Of a stretch of 13,729 nucleotides of DNA, positions 6,902-13,339 are shown piece by piece; the stretch's first letter is position 1; the number at the start of each line of letters is the position of its first letter. The notes under the pieces were generated by a model that was not told the origin of the DNA, made no database searches, and saw nothing but the letters and a program-made list of their open reading frames with translations. This DNA is from Methanobacteriota archaeon (GTDB taxonomy: Archaea > Halobacteriota > Syntropharchaeia > Alkanophagales > Methanospirareceae): the NCBI GenBank assembly GCA_034660015.1, contig JAYEII010000027.1, forward strand, positions 1 to 13,729, given 5' to 3'. The position numbers and the translations under genes are program-made.

Positions 6902-7678
6902 ATGACAAGCAGTAGCATTAGCGAGGAGTTTGGATATATAATAGAAGCGTTAAAGAGAAAAATCATGCTCATTTCGGGCATTGTCATCGCTACTATGCTT
7001 CTCTCTTTTTCTTTATTGGTAGACCCCGCGTTACAGAGGATAAAACAAGACCTCCTGCCTGAAGGTGCCACCCTCATCTATATTTCACCCGTAGAAGTGA
7101 TAATGCTGAAGTTAAGGATAGCCTTGCTCACCGGCGTAATACTTGCCACTCCTGTTGTATGCTATTATGCGTATAAGACATTAAAAGCGAGGTTCGGGGT
7201 AAAGAGTCCAATGAAAAAAACACATCTCTTTATATTGCTTGGTTCTGCCATTTCTTTGTTCATTGCAGGGATAAGTTATGCTTACTTCCTTATGCTGCCG
7301 CTCGTTCTCCGTTATCTCAACTATATGTCATCATCAGCGGGTGTTATTGCTACCTGGTCCATCAACGAGTTCGTATTTTTTGTTGTTGTAATAACGCTTA
7401 TACTGGGGTTAGCGTTTGAACTGCCTATCGTTATCGTCTTTGTCGTTTATTCTGGACTCGTCCAGGTAAACACACTGAAGGAATACAGGCGGTATGTCAT
7501 TGTGGGAATGTTCGTTCTCGCAGCATCTTTTACACCGCCGGATGTGGTGAGTCAGCTCATTGTCGCTTTTCCTTTGATTGTTTTCCATGAGATAGGAATA
7601 ATACTTGCGAGCGTCATCTCTAAGAGACGTTTTCCTCAAAATCGCGAATCCCAAGCACCAGTACCAAATTCCAAATAA
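6902..7678 (+). CDS. tatC: TatC paralog (divergent second copy)
   Basis: Six TM segments. FELP in TM4 and the C-terminal signature FTPPDVVSQLIVAFPLIVFHEIG match the TatC TPPDV.SQ...P motif. The N-terminal IIEALKRKI stands in for HL.ELR.RL. The loop-1 PGLY..ER motif is replaced by ARFGVKSPMKK. Confidence 0.75.
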   Translation: MTSSSISEEFGYIIEALKRKIMLISGIVIATMLLSFSLLVDPALQRIKQDLLPEGATLIYISPVEVIMLKLRIALLTGVILATPVVCYYAYKTLKARFGVKSPMKKTHLFILLGSAISLFIAGISYAYFLMLPLVLRYLNYMSSSAGVIATWSINEFVFFVVVITLILGLAFELPIVIVFVVYSGLVQVNTLKEYRRYVIVGMFVLAASFTPPDVVSQLIVAFPLIVFHEIGIILASVISKRRFPQNRESQAPVPNSK

Positions 7679-7679
7679 A

Positions 7680-8405
7680 TCACAAAATCCGCCATCCGTT
7701 CGTGTACACATTAAACCGTTTATCGCGGGCGAACCCGACAAGGGTTATGCCGGATTCGGTTGCATCACGTATTGCCAGTTCAGTAGGTGCGGAAACGCTT
7801 ATGGCAACAGGGAAACCCGCAAAGAGCACCTTCTTCACGGTGGTGTGCGTTTGCCGGGAAGAAGTAACTAAAACGTTTTCAGAAATCTCTATCCCGTTTT
7901 TTATGCACGTCCCTATGAGCTTGTCTATCGCGCAATGCCTGCTCACATCCTCGATAAAGATGCCTGCTCCATTTTGATTGAAAGCCGCAACCACATGCGT
8001 GCCACCCGTCGCTTTATACAATACGCCCCCCTCGCCTAACTCTTTTACACGTTTAAACACCTCTTCGCACCTTATTTTTATCCTTGAGTTGACCTTCGAG
8101 GGATTCCGATGGACTTCTCGCTCTAATGTAACACGTATTACGTATTTCCCGGGGATCGCCTCTTCGACATCGAGACTCGTGATGTAAGAAGTGTCAAGCC
8201 CCTCGGAGTTCAAATGCCCGATTGCCAGTTCTTCGAAATGCGAAGGCAGGCAAAATAACCGGCTGTGTAGTTCTCCCCCTACATATATTCGTACTTCCGC
8301 TTCGCGAACGACAAAATCGTCTCTACGTCTTTGTAAGCATTTGTCACCGGAAACTTCGCGGATTTTCACGGGGGCGAGCGCTCCCCCCCTTTCTTTCGGG
8401 TCCAT
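7680..8405 (-). CDS. fdhD: FdhD-family formate dehydrogenase accessory protein (Moco sulfuration / insertion chaperone)
   Basis: ATGGTHVVAAF...EDVSRHCAIDKLIG...VTSSR.....V.K......PVAISVSAPTELAIRDATESGITLVGFARDKRFNVYT matches my recollection of FdhD (TGCTHAAA, EDVGRH.A.DKL.G, SSR.S.EMV.K, AVSA.T.LAV, LTLVGF.R....VYT). Confidence 0.85.
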   Translation of the reverse strand: MDPKERGGALAPVKIREVSGDKCLQRRRDDFVVREAEVRIYVGGELHSRLFCLPSHFEELAIGHLNSEGLDTSYITSLDVEEAIPGKYVIRVTLEREVHRNPSKVNSRIKIRCEEVFKRVKELGEGGVLYKATGGTHVVAAFNQNGAGIFIEDVSRHCAIDKLIGTCIKNGIEISENVLVTSSRQTHTTVKKVLFAGFPVAISVSAPTELAIRDATESGITLVGFARDKRFNVYTNGWRIL

Positions 8406-8426
8406 ACTGTTTTATCAATCATATTT

Positions 8427-8473
8427 TTAAACCAAATCTTCTTAAACCAAACGACTGAAAGTTTGGTTAGAAG
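8427..8473. promoter_or_regulatory. Cluster of AAACCAAA boxes (two direct, one inverted) in the fdhD/cytochrome divergent intergenic region
   Basis: TTAAACCAAA occurs at 8427-8436 and 8442-8451 (15-bp period). There is an interrupted inverted repeat: CTTCT (8438-8442) plus AACCAAAC (8445-8452) against GTTTGGTT (8461-8468) plus AGAAG (8469-8473). The fdhD-side TATA-like TTTAAAAATA lies on the minus strand around 8420-8430. Confidence 0.5.
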
Positions 8474-8481
8474 ATACAGAC

Positions 8482-8622
8482 AAAACCTAAAACATTTAGA
8501 AAAAAATCCAAAAACCTATCAATAATTTAGAAAAAACAGTAAAAACTTCATTTTTAAAAAGAAACTTCGTTAATGTCTTATATTCATTTGTATCGCTAAA
8601 AAATCGAAAGTCTTTTATACTG
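8482..8622 (+). promoter_or_regulatory. Promoter/regulatory module B of the multihaem cytochrome gene (paralog of module A)
   Basis: Same element order and spacing as 917-1057: two AAAACCT...TTTAG boxes 29 bp apart, TTCATTTTTAAAAAGAA, BRE-like CGAAAG, and TATA TTTTATAC at 8613-8620 about 60 nt upstream of ATG 8680. Confidence 0.6.
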
Positions 8623-8679
8623 CGTAATCTCAAAGTTATGTAACATTGATTCTATTGGATATAGGGAGATAGAAGAAAG

Positions 8680-9855
8680 ATGCCAAAAAGGGAATACGCA
8701 AGAAGCTGTAAATCGGTGAGCGCAATAGTGAAGACTGCGAAGCCAATGCTGCCTCTGATAGTTATTGCAGTGTTAACGGTATCGCTGGTGAGTGTAGCGA
8801 TAGCGGCTGAGGAAGACTTCGGTGGTTGTGAGATGTGTCATTCAGATATTGCTGAGGATTTTTCGACATCTCTACACTACACCGGCGCGGGGATGAAGGG
8901 CGAATACGCGAAGTATGCGGCAGAAGAGTTTGGAATTGATATGGACGAATATTATGCAAAGTGGAACTGCTCTAAATGTCATGCTGCCACCTGTGAAAAG
9001 TGCCATGTAGGATATGAAGCTAAGATGGGGCATGGCGACCAGACTCAAGAGATAACGATAGATACATGTGACAAATGCCACTATAAGAAACAAACCTCAA
9101 CCTTTGTAGGAGAGATTCCAGCACATGGCAAGATTCCGATAGAAGGAGCCGAAGTAGCGCACCCCGCGGATATCCATTATGAAAAGGGGCTTATATGCAC
9201 GGACTGCCATAATGTGGAAGATATGCACGGTACAGGGGAAGAAGCAGCCAGCCAGCTTGAAGCAGTGACGACAAAGTGTGAAGACTGCCACAACAGTCCA
9301 GGGAAAGAAGTCAAGGGAATGCCAGTAACGCAGTTTGCACCGGATACACCATCGCATAAGATACACGGTGATAAACTCGACTGTACTGCATGTCATCTGG
9401 GATGGGCACCAAGATGTGTAAACTGTCACTTAGATACCAGAAAAGGAACGCACGTAGAGATTGACGATTTCCATCTTGCTATCGGTGCTGATGGTAAGAT
9501 AAAACCGTTCATGAACATGACTGCTGCTTATGACAGTGCGACACACACAGGGTATGGTGCATGGTTCCCGCATACGGTTACAGATAAGGCAAAGGAATGC
9601 GCAGACTGCCATGAAAACCCAGAAGTGCTCTGCGAGGGTTGTGAAGGAGAGATGCTCGGAGAAGGGGGTTCTTTTATACCGCAAGAGACGATAGACAGGG
9701 TTTTAGCGGTAGAAATGCCAGCGGAAGCACCAGCAGCAACGCCTACGGAAACACCAGCAGAACCAGCAGCAACGCCTACACCACCAGGTTTCGAACTGAT
9801 ATTCGCAGTAATTGCAATTGCAGTGGTTGTGCTTCTTGCAAAACGGAGACATTAG
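8680..9855 (+). CDS. Nine-haem c-type cytochrome with Sec signal peptide, Pro/Thr-rich linker and PGF-CTERM archaeal sorting/anchor signal
   Basis: Nine CxxCH motifs: CEMCH, CSKCH, CEKCH, CDKCH, CTDCH, CEDCH, CTACH, CVNCH, CADCH. The N-terminus has a basic region, a hydrophobic helix and an AIA|AEED cleavage-like site. The C-terminus is PAEAPAATPTETPAEPAATPTP-PGF-ELIFAVIAIAVVVLLA-KRRH. Confidence 0.9.
   Translation: MPKREYARSCKSVSAIVKTAKPMLPLIVIAVLTVSLVSVAIAAEEDFGGCEMCHSDIAEDFSTSLHYTGAGMKGEYAKYAAEEFGIDMDEYYAKWNCSKCHAATCEKCHVGYEAKMGHGDQTQEITIDTCDKCHYKKQTSTFVGEIPAHGKIPIEGAEVAHPADIHYEKGLICTDCHNVEDMHGTGEEAASQLEAVTTKCEDCHNSPGKEVKGMPVTQFAPDTPSHKIHGDKLDCTACHLGWAPRCVNCHLDTRKGTHVEIDDFHLAIGADGKIKPFMNMTAAYDSATHTGYGAWFPHTVTDKAKECADCHENPEVLCEGCEGEMLGEGGSFIPQETIDRVLAVEMPAEAPAATPTETPAEPAATPTPPGFELIFAVIAIAVVVLLAKRRH
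9718..9852 (+). other. Pro/Thr/Ala-rich linker plus PGF-CTERM tripartite signal (PGF, hydrophobic helix, basic tail)
   Basis: Read directly from the translation. The architecture matches the archaeosortase-A (ArtA) recognition domain described for haloarchaeal S-layer glycoproteins. Confidence 0.75.
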
Positions 9856-9870
9856 GTGAAAAAGAGTGTG

Positions 9871-9911
9871 AGGGTCTAAGCAATCGGCTGGACCCTTTTT
9901 TTATTTTTTTT
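9871..9911 (+). terminator. Hairpin plus double oligo-T terminator of the cytochrome gene
   Basis: AGGGTC (9871-9876) / GACCCT (9891-9896) form a stem with a 14-nt loop, followed by T7-A-T8 (9896-9911). Confidence 0.6.
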
Positions 9912-9973
9912 ATTGTATATAAAGTATAGCTTCCTTCTATTTAGGACACAGATTTACACTGATTTACTCGGAC

Positions 9974-10978
9974 TTATTTAAGTTTATCCGGATTCATATC
10001 AAAAAATGGCTCTCTGTATTGCATCGCCAATTTCAATCTGCTTATTATATGCTTTTCATCCACGCTATCTATGGGAACGAGATTATCATTCCTCAGTAAG
10101 CAGGGTCTTATTTTTCCATCAGACGTTATTCTCAATCGCGAGCAATTCGCACAGAACTCGGTGTTCGCTATCGGATGAACAACTTCTACTTCTACACCAT
10201 CCACAAAATATTTTCGCCTGTGTTGCAGCCTTCTGGTTTTTATCGCTGATGCTTTTGATTTCAGTTCGGATTCCACCTTTGTAAAATCAACGGTGTACTT
10301 CGACATAGTGAGGGGTTCTGCCCCAAAGGAGGGAATCAATTCTATTAGCTGCAGGATTACCGATTCTCCTTCTCCCTCCCCCCCGGCACCTCTTTTATTG
10401 CACTCACGCACAAAATCCATCATGGCGACCACATCATCCTCGTTTATTCCGTTCAGCAGAACCATGTTCAGCTTTACCGGCGTAAGACCTGCATCTATCG
10501 CACTGTGAATACCATCAATCACGCTGTGGAGATTGTTTCTTGAACACGTGATAAAATCATATTTTTCCTCGTTAATCGAATCTAAGCTGACGTTCACCCT
10601 GTCCAGACCCGCATCTGCGAGTGCCCGTGCATATTTTCCTAAAAATACACCATTTGTCGTTACGGAGATGTTATCCTCAATGTCTCGCATACCCTGAACG
10701 ATGTCCGCAAGGTCAGCTCGCATTAACGGCTCGCCACCCGAAAATTTTATTCGCCTTATGTCAAAATAATCCGATGCAACTCGCGCTATCGCTATTATAA
10801 ACTCAGCACTTATTTCTTTCTTAGCTATTTTATCTGTTGAAGTCTCCTTTGCTCGTTCTTCTCCCTCACAATGACAGTAGATGCAATTCAAGTTACACCG
10901 ATTTGTGATAGAGAACCTCAGACTCCTTATTTCTCTACCGTAATCGTCTATTAATCGCTGTTTTTTGTTTTTCATCAT
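9974..10978 (-). CDS. moaA: GTP 3',8-cyclase MoaA (radical SAM, molybdenum cofactor biosynthesis step 1)
   Basis: LRFSITNRCNLNCIYCH carries the radical-SAM CxxxCxxC in its MoaA context. FSGGEPL is present. The C-terminal second-cluster motif is FCANCSRLRITSDGKIRPCL. Confidence 0.9.
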   Translation of the reverse strand: MMKNKKQRLIDDYGREIRSLRFSITNRCNLNCIYCHCEGEERAKETSTDKIAKKEISAEFIIAIARVASDYFDIRRIKFSGGEPLMRADLADIVQGMRDIEDNISVTTNGVFLGKYARALADAGLDRVNVSLDSINEEKYDFITCSRNNLHSVIDGIHSAIDAGLTPVKLNMVLLNGINEDDVVAMMDFVRECNKRGAGGEGEGESVILQLIELIPSFGAEPLTMSKYTVDFTKVESELKSKASAIKTRRLQHRRKYFVDGVEVEVVHPIANTEFCANCSRLRITSDGKIRPCLLRNDNLVPIDSVDEKHIISRLKLAMQYREPFFDMNPDKLK

Positions 10979-11031
10979 ATTTGGATTTGTTTGCGATTTG
11001 GTGCTTGAGATTTGAAATTTGTCCTTAATCC

Positions 11032-12066
11032 TTAGTATGGGTGCATAACGCTCGTTCGCTTAAATTGCTCGTTACTGAACAAGACCAAAAAATCGCTGAT
11101 TCCCACTACTTTGGACAACCGTTCAGCTATTTCTTCCACCGATTCGCGGGTGTACCCATGAATTACGGTGAACAAATTATGCTCCCACTTTCCCGGCATG
11201 GTTACTCGCTCGTAGCAGTGTGTAATCTCTCTATAAGAAGCAAGCATGTTCCCAACGCTGTCTACCTGTTCTTGAGACACTTTCCACGCCACTACTGCAT
11301 TTGCCATAATTCCTACTTTTCGCTGGTTGACTGAGATACCGAGTCTTTTGATAACACTACTGTTTATCAACTTCTTTAACCTTGCTATCACCTCATCCTG
11401 ACTTATCCCTGCTTCTTTTGCAATTCCTTCAAAAGGCTCCTTTACAACCGGTATCCCTTCCTGTGCGGCACGTAAAATAGCTTGGTCAGTCTCATCCGGG
11501 TCTTGGTCGTCACCCGTGTTCATTTTCGTGCGCTCCATTTCAACTTTTGGTAAGTCTCCGCCGCCGTGGTCTTCAAAATCCGTAAATTTGAAACGAACGT
11601 CAACTTTAAACACACGAGTAGTGGGAAGGTCTAAGACGTCTGAGTCGGGGATTCCGGTTCTTTCCTTTATCTCTTCCACCGTGCTTCTTAAGTCCTTACC
11701 ACCACTACCACACGTTGTAACGGTGAACCAGAGGTTATAGTCATGTTCACGCTGATAATTGTGCGTTACACTCATATATTCATTAACCACGCTGACAACA
11801 TCCCCCATTCTCTCCGCAGGCACGCGCATAGCCATTAAAGTGGATGAGCATGCCACGATTTTTTGACCGTTAAGAATAGTGCGAAGTTTACGAATAACAC
11901 CGTCAGAGGAAAGCCGCTGGCTGCGTGATAACACCTCCTCTGCCGTGATTCCCAGCTTCTCGCCTATTTCAGCCCAGGGGCTTTTAGCCACTGGAAACGC
12001 ATCTTGCAGGCGTTGTAATAGCTTTTTATCCCGATTATCCAGCGTACAGTGTTCTTCTACATTCAT
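11032..12066 (-). CDS. ahbAB: Siroheme decarboxylase, fused AhbA/AhbB (NirD/L/G/H-like, two Lrp-like modules) of the alternative haem biosynthesis pathway
   Basis: Two tandem modules, each with an HTH-like N-terminal part (LDNRDKKLLQRLQ..., ETDQAILRAAQEG...) and the NirDLGH/Ahb signature (THNYQREHDYNLWFTV and THCYERV...WEHNLFTVIHG). ATG 12066 overlaps the upstream stop as ATGA. The longer 12099 start is less likely. Confidence 0.8.
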   Translation of the reverse strand: MNVEEHCTLDNRDKKLLQRLQDAFPVAKSPWAEIGEKLGITAEEVLSRSQRLSSDGVIRKLRTILNGQKIVACSSTLMAMRVPAERMGDVVSVVNEYMSVTHNYQREHDYNLWFTVTTCGSGGKDLRSTVEEIKERTGIPDSDVLDLPTTRVFKVDVRFKFTDFEDHGGGDLPKVEMERTKMNTGDDQDPDETDQAILRAAQEGIPVVKEPFEGIAKEAGISQDEVIARLKKLINSSVIKRLGISVNQRKVGIMANAVVAWKVSQEQVDSVGNMLASYREITHCYERVTMPGKWEHNLFTVIHGYTRESVEEIAERLSKVVGISDFLVLFSNEQFKRTSVMHPY

Positions 12067-13184
12067 TTTTCTTCTCCTCCTGGTATGTATGGGCACCACG
12101 GCTCCTCAGCTAAATAGTCGCCTTTTAATTCCCCGGGCTCCTGCAGACCACCGCAGACGTCCACAAAACTCGTCAAGCCATAGGCTCGTGCACGACACCC
12201 GCCACAAATGTCCCGGTATTCACAGGCTCCGCACTTGCCTTTTAAGCGGTCGAAGTCACGCATAGCATTTAATATGGGAGACCCGAACCATATCTCTTTG
12301 AACGGCGTTTCTCGAATGTTACCCACTTTTACGGGCAGATAAGGGCAGGGAGTTACTTCACCCGTGGGGTATATGCGGCAATAAGCGAGCCCCGCAATGC
12401 ATCCTCGTGTCCACTGGTCCAGATCCAATCCCTTTTGTGATGCGATTCGCATAAATTGAGGTGCGCAGACAGGTCTAACCGCAAGGTTATATTTTGCACT
12501 TGCTACCTTTTCAAGCACTCCCTCTATCATTTGCTCATACATCTCTGGCGATATGTCCTCTATCTTTTTCCCTCTGCCCGTAGGCACGAGAAAGAAGAGG
12601 TGAAACATACGTGCACCATGTTTTTCCGCTAATGCCATTATGTCATCAATTTCATCGTAGTTCTGCTGCGTCACGGTGGTGTTTACCTGAACGCCTATGC
12701 CATTTTCTATGCACGCGTCAATCCCGTCTAATGCCCGTTCCCATGCACCTTTCACGCCACGAAAAGCGTCATGACGGTCGGGAACCGATGAATCAATACT
12801 GACGGCAACTGCTTTTACACCGCTGGATTTTAGTTCCTTCGCAACGGAATCGGTTATCAGCGTGCCATTGGTGCCCATCGCTACGATTAAACCCTTCTCG
12901 GTTGCGTACCGGGCAAGTTCAAAAACGTCATCACGGAGCAGTGGTTCCCCTCCACTTAGTATCAAAATGGGTTTGCTTACTTCTACTATCTGGTCTATGA
13001 GCTCCTTCCCCTCTTCCGTACTTAACTCGCTTTTCCCTGCTCTTTCATCCGCATCTATGTAACAGTGTGGACACCGCAAATTACAGGCGAAAGTCATGTT
13101 CCAGGAGATGAGCCGAGGTATAAAGTTTCTTCGTTCACTAAATGAATGTGAATGCAGATGTTCTTGATTCTCGTTTTCAGACAT
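12063..13184 (-). CDS. NirJ-type radical SAM/SPASM enzyme of the alternative haem pathway (AhbC Fe-coproporphyrin synthase or AhbD haem synthase; not distinguishable by eye)
   Basis: NMTFACNLRCPHCY radical-SAM motif, LSGGEPLL, and a C-terminal SPASM-type Cys array (CIAGLAYC...GEVTPC...CGACEYRDICGGC). It is translationally coupled to ahbAB. In Methanosarcina the ahbAB-adjacent paralog is ahbC, as far as I recall. Confidence 0.75.
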   Translation of the reverse strand: MSENENQEHLHSHSFSERRNFIPRLISWNMTFACNLRCPHCYIDADERAGKSELSTEEGKELIDQIVEVSKPILILSGGEPLLRDDVFELARYATEKGLIVAMGTNGTLITDSVAKELKSSGVKAVAVSIDSSVPDRHDAFRGVKGAWERALDGIDACIENGIGVQVNTTVTQQNYDEIDDIMALAEKHGARMFHLFFLVPTGRGKKIEDISPEMYEQMIEGVLEKVASAKYNLAVRPVCAPQFMRIASQKGLDLDQWTRGCIAGLAYCRIYPTGEVTPCPYLPVKVGNIRETPFKEIWFGSPILNAMRDFDRLKGKCGACEYRDICGGCRARAYGLTSFVDVCGGLQEPGELKGDYLAEEPWCPYIPGGEEK

Positions 13185-13339
13185 TGTGAACTATTTGTAT
13201 TATAACAAAATTTTAACTTCATGATTATATAAAGTTGTCGTTTTTTTTTTTGAAACACGAATAAAAATAAGCGGGTTATATATAGTTATAGAAGTGATTA
13301 CAGAAAGGAAAGGCATAACGTAACTGTCGGGTGATATAG

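Noticed and set aside
6886-7077. 63-aa minus-strand ORF spanning the tatC/tatC divergent spacer
   Set aside because: It overlaps the 5' end of the plus-strand TatC paralog in antisense and has no motif support. The spacer is better explained by the two divergent starts.
7702-8458. Plus-strand ORFs (69-91 aa) inside fdhD and running into the intergenic region
   Set aside because: They are antisense shadows of a well-supported FdhD ORF, with Ser/Pro/Thr-rich nonsense-like translations.
9911-9970. Orphan TATA-like TGTATATAAAG and tandem GATTTAC(A/T)C decamers between the cytochrome gene and the moaA 3' end
   Set aside because: This is a convergent 3' intergenic region with no downstream ORF to drive. 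The short AT-rich matches are expected by chance at this composition.
10979-11031. Possible Moco riboswitch or other structured leader upstream of moaA
   Set aside because: The spacer is only 53 nt and shows no convincing helices. As far as I know, Moco riboswitches are a bacterial element. It contains only short GATTTG repeats.
13211-13233. AACTTCATG shared between the ahb/ccmF intergenic region (13216-13224) and promoter module A (1008-1016) as a third copy of the module
   Set aside because: Only a 9-nt match. None of the AAAACCT...TTTAG boxes or the TTCATTTTT-AAAAGAA element is present, which is insufficient to claim homology.
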